Positions 36,010-43,520 of a stretch of 43,520 nucleotides of DNA are shown here, one piece after another. Both the position numbers and the translations under genes were made by a program. The notes under the pieces were generated by a model that had not been told where the DNA came from, made no database searches, and saw only the letters and a list, made by a program, of their open reading frames with translations. This stretch comes from an uncultured Eubacteriales bacterium. GTDB lineage: Bacteria > Bacillota > Clostridia > Acetivibrionales > CAZANH01. Every line of letters begins with the position of its first letter. Positions within the stretch are counted from its first letter, which is position 1. The stretch is from contig CAZANH010000469.1 in NCBI GenBank assembly GCA_964486515.1, positions 1 to 43,520 of the forward strand, given 5' to 3'.

Positions 36010-36250
36010 ATGTACCTTAACTCCATGTTTGAATTATATTTAAAATAGTATATGATATAATTTTAAATATTAATCAAACTTTTTGCAAGTAGAATAATTT
36101 ATAAAATTTCAACTGCTTTTTATAACTATTGAACAAATCATCTTGAAGTTCAGTTATATTTTGATATATAATAAAGAAAAGCCTTCAGGTAGAATTCAAT
36201 TGGGATATGAACTGATTATTGACCAGGCTTAAGTATTTGGAGGTATAAAA

Positions 36251-36901
36251 ATGATTGAGGTATATTATTATTTACCGGTATCGAAGCTTGAGTTATGTGT
36301 AGATTGCGGTATAAAGCTTTCTGAATGGTATGATAAACAAGTATTAATAGATGGAGAAAATAGAAACTGTATTTCAGCACTGCTTAATCCAAGGGATGAT
36401 ATGGGAAAATATCATTCACAGGACTTAAGATGTGCAAAACTTCGAGTATCAGCAAAATACTGTTATGTAGCGGATAAATCACTTTACGAAATTGGAATGG
36501 GCAACACAAATATAATGAAAATGTATGAAGAATCCATTATACCAGTTGATAAATACATATTCGGTTTATACAGAAACCCTGAATGTCTCATTACAAGTAC
36601 AATAATAGGTGGCGATATAGGTATTCTGGATAAAAGAATTGATTCACCCGTACTTTTTGAAAATTCTGAGAAACTTTATGTAGATAATCTTATTGAAAGA
36701 TTGGCCAATTGCAGCGATAATTTTAATGATATGATGCTATACGGTTTTTTTAGCAAGGCATCAGAAACTAACAGGTTTGATATTATAAAAGATAAAGAAA
36801 AAAAACTTATCATTTTTGTTGATAAAATCAATAATGATAAATACATTGTTAAAGAACCTGATTTAAATGATTATATGAATATATGGGGTAATTTTGAGTA
36901 A
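36251..36901 (+). CDS. hypothetical protein
   Basis: 216 aa. SD GGAGG 7 nt upstream. No motif recognised and no TM segment. Divergent from the 458-aa gene. Confidence 0.5.
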   Translation: MIEVYYYLPVSKLELCVDCGIKLSEWYDKQVLIDGENRNCISALLNPRDDMGKYHSQDLRCAKLRVSAKYCYVADKSLYEIGMGNTNIMKMYEESIIPVDKYIFGLYRNPECLITSTIIGGDIGILDKRIDSPVLFENSEKLYVDNLIERLANCSDNFNDMMLYGFFSKASETNRFDIIKDKEKKLIIFVDKINNDKYIVKEPDLNDYMNIWGNFE

Positions 36902-36940
36902 ATATATCATTGAAATTTTATTATAATAAGGAGGTGTTTA

Positions 36941-37711
36941 ATGCAAAGTTTACCCGAGAGAAATATAATGTTTCTTGATGTTGTTGATTCAACAAACAAC
37001 ATTGCCAAGAAATTAGCGCTGGAAGGGTGCAAAGAGCGAACCGTAATTATAGCAGGAGAGCAAACAAACGGAAGGGGAAGAAAAGGTAAAGTATGGTATT
37101 CGGAACGTGGTAAGGGTCTTTATATGTCAGTTGTATTAAAGCCTTGTTCAATTATTGATAATAACCTTTTTCTTACACTTGCAGCTTCAGTTGCAGCAGC
37201 AGAAACAATAAGTGAAATGGTATCTGCTAAAGCGGGTATAAAATGGCCCAATGATATATTACTTGATAACCGTAAGGTATGTGGGATACTTACAGAAACC
37301 GTAACTGAAGGTTCTGAGTTGAAGTTTGTAATAGTAGGGGTGGGGGTAAATACTAACCAAAAACGATTCCCTGAGGAAATGAACGGAAAGGCTACTTCGC
37401 TGAGGGAATTTATAAAAGAAAAAACAGGTATTGATAATGTGATATCCGATGATACCCTGTCAGTTAAATTACTTGACAGGCTTGATGATTTATATTACAA
37501 AATAGAAAAAGGTTATACGAATAAAATAATTGAAATGTGGAGGTCATATTCCATAATCCAAGGGAGAAGAGTAAAACTCAAAAGAGGAGGTAAGGAATAC
37601 AGGGGAACCGTAAAAGACATAGATGAGCATGGCAGGCTTATGGTAATATGTGATAATGGTGATACATACAGTATGATATCAGGAGAGGCAGTTTTTTTTG
37701 CTAACTTTTGA
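36941..37711 (+). CDS. birA: biotin--[acetyl-CoA-carboxylase] ligase, group I (no N-terminal HTH)
   Basis: 256 aa. Has the GRGRKGKVW biotin-binding loop, KWPNDIL, and a C-terminal SH3-like domain. The protein starts directly in the catalytic domain. Confidence 0.9.
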   Translation: MQSLPERNIMFLDVVDSTNNIAKKLALEGCKERTVIIAGEQTNGRGRKGKVWYSERGKGLYMSVVLKPCSIIDNNLFLTLAASVAAAETISEMVSAKAGIKWPNDILLDNRKVCGILTETVTEGSELKFVIVGVGVNTNQKRFPEEMNGKATSLREFIKEKTGIDNVISDDTLSVKLLDRLDDLYYKIEKGYTNKIIEMWRSYSIIQGRRVKLKRGGKEYRGTVKDIDEHGRLMVICDNGDTYSMISGEAVFFANF

Positions 37712-37749
37712 AGGACAATAATATAATAAGGGAAGAAGGAATTTATAGC

Positions 37750-38043
37750 ATGAATAAAAAAAATGATTACAGGAAGGGAAATAGTCAAAATTCATCATAT
37801 AAGCGGGGATCACAAAAACAGGATGAATTTAACAGAAATAAAGTTAAAACCAGAAAAAGCTATTCAAGAACAGGTAACAAAAGAAATGTTTCAACAAAAA
37901 GTTCATCATTAAACAATAATTATCAACGGTATAATAGAAAGGTACAATCCAATGAGACAATTAATGATATAAAAATCGATATTTCAAGAATTGAAAAAGA
38001 AATTGAACTTGAAATAAAGGAAATAAAAAGCCTTAAACTTTGA
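37750..38043 (+). CDS. small highly basic low-complexity protein with a C-terminal coiled-coil-like tail
   Basis: 97 aa from the ATG at 37750 (SD GAAGGAA); the ORF track starts at a TTG at 37708 overlapping the birA stop. It is K/R/N/S-rich (KRGSQKQ, KTRKSYSRTGNKRN) and ends IEKEIELEIKEIKSLKL. Coding status is uncertain. Confidence 0.4.
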   Translation: MNKKNDYRKGNSQNSSYKRGSQKQDEFNRNKVKTRKSYSRTGNKRNVSTKSSSLNNNYQRYNRKVQSNETINDIKIDISRIEKEIELEIKEIKSLKL

Positions 38044-38079
38044 CAATTTATGTATAAAGGAAAGCACGGAGGCTCAGTT

Positions 38080-38856
38080 ATGATATTTGTTATTGATGTG
38101 GGAAATACCAATATGGTATTAGGAGTATATAAAGGAGACAAGCTTGTGAATTATTGGAGGATGGTAACAGATACAGGGAAATCCTCTGATGAGTTTGGAA
38201 TGTTTTTTATAAACCTTTTCAATTACGAAAAACTTCAGCCGGACATGGTAGAGTCGGTTATAATATCGTCTGTAGTACCTCCTGTTATGTATTCCCTTGA
38301 ACATGCAATAAGAAAATATTTCAGGCTAGAACCGGTAATTGTCGGGCCGGGGATAAAAACAGGTATTAATATATTATATGAAAATCCAAAAGAGGTAGGT
38401 GCGGATAGGATAGTAAATGCGGTTGCAGGATACAGCCTTTACGGTGGCCCATTGATAATAGTGGATTTTGGTACAGCAACTACATTTTGTGCTATTTCAA
38501 AATCAGGTGACTACTTAGGAGGAGTTATCAGCCCCGGCATCAAAATTTCTGCTGAAGCACTATTTCAAAAATCAGCAAAACTTCCTCGCATAGAATTGAT
38601 AAGGCCGAAAAGTGTTATTGGGAAAAATACGGTTTCCAGCATGCAATCAGGGATTATTTTTGGAATTACCGGACAGGTGGATTATATTGTAGAACGTATG
38701 AAAAAGGAAATGAGACAAAGTAATGTGAATGTTATTGCTACAGGTGGGCTAGCCCGTCTTATTGCTGAAGAGTCACACACAATAGAGGAGGTAAATGGGT
38801 TTTTAACACTTGAGGGTTTAAGAATAATATATGAAAAGAACAGGGAGGGAATTTAA
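38080..38856 (+). CDS. coaX: type III pantothenate kinase
   Basis: Has the [16 protein letters not shown] and ATGGLA motifs. Start set at the ATG at 38080 after GGAGG. Confidence 0.9.
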   Translation: MIFVIDVGNTNMVLGVYKGDKLVNYWRMVTDTGKSSDEFGMFFINLFNYEKLQPDMVESVIISSVVPPVMYSLEHAIRKYFRLEPVIVGPGIKTGINILYENPKEVGADRIVNAVAGYSLYGGPLIIVDFGTATTFCAISKSGDYLGGVISPGIKISAEALFQKSAKLPRIELIRPKSVIGKNTVSSMQSGIIFGITGQVDYIVERMKKEMRQSNVNVIATGGLARLIAEESHTIEEVNGFLTLEGLRIIYEKNREGI

Positions 38857-40310
38857 TTATAAATTTTGATGCACCAATTTATAATGCGGTAAAAAATTAT
38901 AATAAAATTAAACCGGTTTCGTTTCATATACCTGGACACAAATTGGGACGCGGTTTACCGGGAAATGTTTCAAAAAATCTTGCAATGCTTGATGTTACTG
39001 AAATTCCAGGATTAGACAACCTGCATTATTCTCAAGGTATTGTTAGAGAAGCTCAAAAGCTTGCTGCAAAAGCATTTGATTCAGAAAAAACCTATTTTCT
39101 TGTTAATGGTTCTTCAAGCGGAATACATGCAGCTATTATGTCGATATGTAACACAGGTGACAGGCTTATTGTAGCAAGGGACTGCCATAGAGCGGTAGTA
39201 GGAGGAATGATACTTGCTGGAGTTGAACCTGTATATATATATCCTCGAGTTGATAAAAAATTTTGCGTATCTGCTGGTATTGATATTGAAGTACTTGAGA
39301 AAACGCTGCATGAAAATTCAGATGTTAAAGGTGTAGTTATAACAAGGCCAAATTACTATGGAATATGTCAGGATATTGATGAAATTGCTAACATTGTACA
39401 TTCCTATGATAAAATACTCATGGTTGATGAAGCACATGGAGCTCATTTAGGATTTACCAAAATGCTTCCGCAAAGGGCTATGCAGCAGGGAGCTGATATT
39501 TCGGTTCAGAGTGCTCATAAGACACTTCCGGTAATTACACAGGGAGCATATTTGCATGTCATATCCAAACGTCTTGATATTGAAAGGCTTGAGTTTAACT
39601 TAAGGCTGCTTCAGACAACAAGTCCTTCATATGTGATTATGTCTCTGCTTGACGCTGCAAGAGATATTATGCAAAAAAAAGGTGCGGTGTTGTTAAAAAA
39701 TCTGATTAAAGAAATAAAAAATTTCCGGGAACATCTTAAAATAGATAACAGGATGGTAATGCTTGGAGAAGGGGATATAGAAGACGTAAGGATAGACACT
39801 ACAAGAATGGTTATTGACGTATCCGATGTAAACCTGACAGGTTTTGAAACAGAAAAGCATTTAAGGGATAAATACGCAATACAAGTGGAAATGTCGGATT
39901 TATACAATATTGTGTGTGCAAGCAGCATTTGCAATAGAGCAAATGACTTCAGGAGACTGTACGGAGCATTATCGGAAATAGAACAGATGCAAAGCAAAAA
40001 AAGAGAGGGCAAGAACTCAAAAAAAAAGGGTTTGAACAAATCCTGCAACGGTTATACTTTGGTACCCAAAAAATCCGTTACGATAAAGAATGCATTGAAG
40101 CTTAAGGGTAAATACATAAATTTGCCGGAATCTTCCGGGAAAATTTGTCTTGATTTTGTTACACCTTATCCACCAGGTGTTCCGTTGATATATCCGGGAG
40201 AAATAATCAGTTCTTATTTGATTGAATATATATATGATATAATTAAAAAAGGAGGTATTGTATACGGAATAAAAGAAAATTTACAGATAAAGACTGCTTA
40301 TGTTTCTTGA
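38856..40310 (+). CDS. Orn/Lys/Arg decarboxylase-family PLP enzyme (YaaO/SpeA-like), probably with a non-canonical ATT/ATA start
   Basis: Has the PLP lysine motif VQSAHKTLP, DEAHGAH, and the C-terminal PYPPGVP. The first canonical start is a TTG at 38943. The conserved N-terminal segment PIYNAVKNY...SFHIPGHK is encoded in frame upstream of it. The SD GGGAGGG at 38843-38849 lies 6 nt before the ATT at 38856. Confidence 0.75.
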   Translation: MINFDAPIYNAVKNYNKIKPVSFHIPGHKLGRGLPGNVSKNLAMLDVTEIPGLDNLHYSQGIVREAQKLAAKAFDSEKTYFLVNGSSSGIHAAIMSICNTGDRLIVARDCHRAVVGGMILAGVEPVYIYPRVDKKFCVSAGIDIEVLEKTLHENSDVKGVVITRPNYYGICQDIDEIANIVHSYDKILMVDEAHGAHLGFTKMLPQRAMQQGADISVQSAHKTLPVITQGAYLHVISKRLDIERLEFNLRLLQTTSPSYVIMSLLDAARDIMQKKGAVLLKNLIKEIKNFREHLKIDNRMVMLGEGDIEDVRIDTTRMVIDVSDVNLTGFETEKHLRDKYAIQVEMSDLYNIVCASSICNRANDFRRLYGALSEIEQMQSKKREGKNSKKKGLNKSCNGYTLVPKKSVTIKNALKLKGKYINLPESSGKICLDFVTPYPPGVPLIYPGEIISSYLIEYIYDIIKKGGIVYGIKENLQIKTAYVS

Positions 40311-40340
40311 ATGTATTATAAGAAGGGAGGATAAATTTTT

Positions 40341-40670
40341 ATGAAACTTGTATTTGCAATTGTACATGATGAAGACGGGCCAAGTGTTATGGATGCACTT
40401 AACAGTGAGGGTTTTAGTGTTACAAAGCTTTGTTCTACGGGAGGTTTTTTAAAAGCGGGAAATACAACGCTGCTGGTAGGGGTTGAAAAGGAAAAGGTTA
40501 ATGATGTTATAAAAATTATCAAAGACAAATCAAAAAGCAGAAAACAAATGGTTAATTCCTCGATGACACCTAACGGCATGGGTGGTATGTTCATACCTTA
40601 TCCTGTTGAAGTTGTGGTTGGAGGAGCTACTATATTTGTTATTGATGTAGAAAGGTTTGAAAAAGTATGA
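40341..40670 (+). CDS. darA: PII-like cyclic-di-AMP receptor DarA/PstA (YaaQ)
   Basis: 109 aa. MKLVFAIVHDEDG...GFSVTKL.STGGFLKAGNTTLLVGVE matches the YaaQ/DarA family. SD GGGAGG. Confidence 0.85.
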   Translation: MKLVFAIVHDEDGPSVMDALNSEGFSVTKLCSTGGFLKAGNTTLLVGVEKEKVNDVIKIIKDKSKSRKQMVNSSMTPNGMGGMFIPYPVEVVVGGATIFVIDVERFEKV

Positions 40671-40689
40671 AATCTGAGGGATGTAAATT

Positions 40690-41151
40690 GTGAAGGTTAA
40701 AAAAAAGCTTGACAGCTTAAATAATTCAGGTTCAATACCTGTATCCGGGAATAATATGAATAAAAAAAAACGTATGGAAACTAATACGGAATTCAAAATT
40801 CATTTTGAAGCTGAAAAAGATAACAATTGCAGGCGGAAACTTGAAGAACTTGCCGGCAATATTGCAAAACAGGGGGAAAAGCTATATAAAAAAGCTGATT
40901 TATGGGAATTAAAAATATACAGGAATATGATTGCTGATTTTATTAGTATTTTTGTAAACGGTTCACACAGATTTTCAAAACAAAGTTTTCTTGACAGAAA
41001 AGGAAGACATAGAGTATATGTGATGATAAGAACAATTAACGCTGATATTGAAGAAATTGCAAAGGAATTATTGAAGGAAGAAAAAGAGAATATACAAATT
41101 CTAAAAAATATTGACGATATAAAGGGACTGATACTGGATTTAATCTTATAG
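40690..41151 (+). CDS. yaaR: YaaR-like protein (DUF327)
   Basis: 153 aa. Assigned by size and by its position between darA and holB, as in the B. subtilis yaaQ-yaaR-holB order. The GTG start follows GAGGGA; an alternative start is the ATG at 40756. Confidence 0.6.
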   Translation: MKVKKKLDSLNNSGSIPVSGNNMNKKKRMETNTEFKIHFEAEKDNNCRRKLEELAGNIAKQGEKLYKKADLWELKIYRNMIADFISIFVNGSHRFSKQSFLDRKGRHRVYVMIRTINADIEEIAKELLKEEKENIQILKNIDDIKGLILDLIL

Positions 41152-41176
41152 GCGGCAATACTGAAAGGAATAATAA

Positions 41177-42169
41177 ATGGACTTCAGTGGGTTAATAGGA
41201 CAAAAAAAAATAATACGCAAACTTATGGAGAGTATTAAAAAAGGTACTGTGGGACATGCGTATATATTTTATGGTCCCGATGGAATTGGAAAGAGAACGA
41301 TTGCACGTGCATTTGCAGGATTATTACTGTGTAACAACCCTTTAAATGAAGGTAGTAATGCATGTAATAAATGTATTTCATGTAAATTGTCGAACAGCGG
41401 TTCAAATCCTGATCTTATGGTAATTGAAGATGATGGTACAAAAATTGGTGTTGATGAAATAAGAAGGATGCAATCCGATGTTAATAAAAGGCCAACCTAT
41501 TCCCAAAGAAAGGTATATCTTATACTTAAGGCTGAAAAAATGACAGAACAGGCACAGAACTGCCTTTTAAAAACTATTGAAGAACCGCCTTCCTATTGCA
41601 TAATTGTACTTACGGTAACAAATCCGTCAAAACTTCTCAGTACGGTTATATCAAGAGTTTATTCCCTGATGCTGGAGAGATATTCAACGGAAGAAATATA
41701 TGATTTCCTGGTTGAGAAAAAAGGTATAGACAATATAAAGGCCGAATTTCTTACACGGTATAGTGACGGAATAATAGGAAAAGCACTTGATTTAGCCTTT
41801 GATGAAAATTTACATTCAATTAGAGAAAAGGTATTTGAGATATTAATATTGCTTAATAAAAAACCATTACAATATATTTATGAAACTGTAGTTTTCTTTA
41901 AGGACAACAAAGAGCATCTTGATTTTATATTTGACATGATGTCTCTTTATTTCAGGGATATAATAAGTTTTATTCATTATCAAAATGAAAAAAGGTTGAT
42001 TAATATTGACAAAAAGGATATCATTATTAATAATATGTCTTTATTTACGACATTAAAAGCATTAAATGCTATTGAAATAATTGATAAAACGAGGACAGGA
42101 ATTAAAAAATATGCTAATTTTCAACTGTCAATTGAAATTATGCTTATGAAACTGTCAGGAGGGTTATAA
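41177..42169 (+). CDS. holB: DNA polymerase III delta-prime subunit
   Basis: 330 aa. Has GHAYIFYGPDGIGKRT (AAA+ P-loop-like), the zinc module CNKCISCK, and TIEEPP (sensor region). Confidence 0.85.
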   Translation: MDFSGLIGQKKIIRKLMESIKKGTVGHAYIFYGPDGIGKRTIARAFAGLLLCNNPLNEGSNACNKCISCKLSNSGSNPDLMVIEDDGTKIGVDEIRRMQSDVNKRPTYSQRKVYLILKAEKMTEQAQNCLLKTIEEPPSYCIIVLTVTNPSKLLSTVISRVYSLMLERYSTEEIYDFLVEKKGIDNIKAEFLTRYSDGIIGKALDLAFDENLHSIREKVFEILILLNKKPLQYIYETVVFFKDNKEHLDFIFDMMSLYFRDIISFIHYQNEKRLINIDKKDIIINNMSLFTTLKALNAIEIIDKTRTGIKKYANFQLSIEIMLMKLSGGL

Positions 42170-42173
42170 ACAG

Positions 42174-43043
42174 ATGATAACGGTTATTGGAGTTAGATTT
42201 AAAAAAGCTGGCAGGATTTATTATTTTGATCCGGGTCATTTAAATATAAGTCCTGATACTAATGTTATTGTGGAAACTATCAGAGGAGTTGAATTTGGAA
42301 CTGTTGTATATACAAATAAACAGGTGGATGAAAGTGAAGTAGTTACACCGCTTAAAAGTGTAATAAGGATGGCTACCGAAAGTGATAAAAAACATTACGA
42401 AGAAAATATTAAAAAAGAAAAGGAAGCATTCGATATATGCTTCAAAAAAATTAAAGAGCATGGGCTTGACATGAAATTGATAGATACGGAATATACTTTT
42501 GATAATAATAAAGTATTGTTTTACTTCACTTCGGATGGAAGGGTTGATTTCCGTGAACTTGTAAAAGACCTTGCATCAATTTTTAAAACCAGAATTGAGT
42601 TACGGCAGATAGGTGTAAGAGATGAGTCAAAAATGATGGGTGGAGTAGGTGTATGTGGAAGAGTATTATGTTGTAAATCATTCCTCTCCGATTTTGATCC
42701 AGTTTCCATAAAAATGGCAAAGGAACAGGGATTATCACTTAATCCGGCAAAAATATCAGGTTTATGTGGAAGGCTTATGTGTTGCCTGAAATATGAACAG
42801 GATGCATATGAGATTTTACTTAAAAAGGCGCCAAAAGAAGGAGCGCTTGTTAAAACACCTGATGGACAGGGAATTGTCGTAATGCTTAGCCTGTTAAAAG
42901 AACAGGTCACGGTAAAACTTGATATGGATAATGATACTGATTTAAAAACGTATATGCTGAATGAAATTAAACTTATAAAAGATGCAGATAAATATGAAGA
43001 GCCGGAAGTTGATATTGAGGAGCTTAAAAAACTGGAAGAATAA
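42174..43043 (+). CDS. ricT: PSP1-domain protein RicT/YaaT (stage 0 sporulation / RNase Y regulatory complex)
   Basis: 289 aa. GVRFKKAGRIYYFDP...ELRQIGVRDESK...GVCGRVLCCKSF...CGRLMCCLKYE is the conserved PSP1 domain with its Cys cluster. Confidence 0.85.
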   Translation: MITVIGVRFKKAGRIYYFDPGHLNISPDTNVIVETIRGVEFGTVVYTNKQVDESEVVTPLKSVIRMATESDKKHYEENIKKEKEAFDICFKKIKEHGLDMKLIDTEYTFDNNKVLFYFTSDGRVDFRELVKDLASIFKTRIELRQIGVRDESKMMGGVGVCGRVLCCKSFLSDFDPVSIKMAKEQGLSLNPAKISGLCGRLMCCLKYEQDAYEILLKKAPKEGALVKTPDGQGIVVMLSLLKEQVTVKLDMDNDTDLKTYMLNEIKLIKDADKYEEPEVDIEELKKLEE

Positions 43044-43067
43044 AGAAGTGAACGTTTTCACCTATAT

Positions 43068-43095
43068 TTGACATATAAAAATTTGGTGATATAAT
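43068..43095 (+). promoter_or_regulatory. near-consensus sigma-A promoter for the ferredoxin gene
   Basis: TTGACA (43068-43073), 16-nt spacer, TATAAT (43090-43095). Confidence 0.5.
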
Positions 43096-43176
43096 TATAT
43101 CGATTTTATTATGATAGAGTTTTATCATACTTACAGGGTAATGATATGTTAAATATACTTAGGGGAGGTGTTGTGG

Positions 43177-43350
43177 ATGGCATATTTCATAACTGATGAT
43201 TGTATAAGCTGTGGTGCCTGCGAAGCGGAATGTCCGGTGTCATGCATATCTGCAGGTGATGATATTTATATTATCGATGAAGATACTTGCATAGATTGTG
43301 GAAATTGTGCAGATGTTTGTCCTGTTGATGCTCCTAAACCAAGAGAGTAA
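43177..43350 (+). CDS. fdx: clostridial-type 2x[4Fe-4S] ferredoxin
   Basis: 57 aa from the ATG at 43177 (SD GGAGGTG). Has two CxxCxxCxxxCP motifs, CISCGACEAECP and CIDCGNCADVCP. Confidence 0.9.
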   Translation: MAYFITDDCISCGACEAECPVSCISAGDDIYIIDEDTCIDCGNCADVCPVDAPKPRE

Positions 43351-43520
43351 TAATCAGTATTAAAATTAATAAAGAACAGGTATTAAGGAATGACGAAATA
43401 ATAATTTTCCATTTTTGAAGTGGTTATTTTCCGATATTGCTATGTTGTCGTCAATCGTAATACGACAGTATTACTCAATCCTCCGCCTTGCACTATCAAA
43501 AAATTCCTCCCTTCAAAATC

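Noticed and set aside
34545-36940. Integrated genomic island at tRNA-Arg.
   Set aside because: I looked for a second copy of the tRNA 3' half (TTCGATTCCTGTCCGGGAC) between the tRNA and birA and found none. No integrase is present. I therefore report only the odd gene content, not an island.
43440-43499. Minus-strand 19-codon ORF (TTG start at 43499, SD GGGAGG 7 nt upstream) in the unassigned 170 nt at the right edge.
   Set aside because: It is too short, has no conservation evidence and is truncated in context at the window end. It could equally be the leader or terminator region of a gene beyond the window.
1-43520. CRISPR arrays, rRNA genes, IS elements or transposases, prophage genes, toxin-antitoxin pairs and restriction-modification genes.
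   Set aside because: I scanned the ORF track and the intergenic regions. I saw no repeat-spacer periodicity, no DDE, serine or tyrosine recombinase motifs, no methyltransferase motifs, and no rRNA-like sequence.

Overview
AT-rich chromosomal segment from an endospore-forming Firmicute, most likely a member of the Clostridia. This rests on spoIIE, spoVB, ricT/yaaT, darA and a clostridial 2x[4Fe-4S] ferredoxin; the exact taxon cannot be told from the sequence alone. Nearly all genes are on the + strand with short gaps.

Content from left to right:
(1) Lipoate / 2-oxo-acid dehydrogenase block: Zn-dehydrogenase, lipB, lipA, a divergent FAD oxidoreductase, then E2, E3 and a fused E1 alpha-beta gene.
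(2) Abutting it with only a 29-nt gap, a DeoR regulator and an L-rhamnose cluster: SrlD-like SDR, PHP-domain protein, rhaB, rhaA and a stand-alone class II aldolase.
(3) A Cys-rich protein, rho with a long charged N-terminal insertion, and rpmE.
(4) An orphan tartrate/D-malate-dehydrogenase-like gene, a degenerate GGDEF protein, and small membrane and zinc-ribbon proteins.
(5) The mrfA-mrfB (yprA-yprB) helicase/exonuclease pair, a thioesterase, spoVB, an hsp20 with two CtsR boxes, and spoIIE.
(6) Three uncharacterised membrane-anchored proteins, tRNA-Arg(CCG), a 458-aa repeat plus multi-HTH protein, and a 216-aa orphan.
(7) birA, a very basic small protein, coaX, the conserved yaaO-darA-yaaR-holB-ricT block, and ferredoxin.

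I saw no CRISPR array, transposase, integrase, restriction-modification gene or recognisable defence or toxin-antitoxin gene. I cannot point to a clear-cut new multi-gene system.

The best candidates for undescribed biology are:
- a perfect 30-bp nested palindrome inside the rhamnose operon (12720-12797);
- the rhamnose cluster architecture with split RhaE/RhaW-like genes and an embedded PHP protein;
- the tRNA-adjacent 458-aa protein built from three ~77-aa repeats plus HTH modules;
- a stand-alone degenerate GGDEF protein that keeps an RxxD site;
- a decarboxylase gene whose conserved N-terminus lies upstream of any canonical start codon;
- a MITE-like inverted repeat with flanking direct repeats in the divergent promoter region at 4.3 kb.

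All functional calls come from motif recognition by eye. No database search was run.
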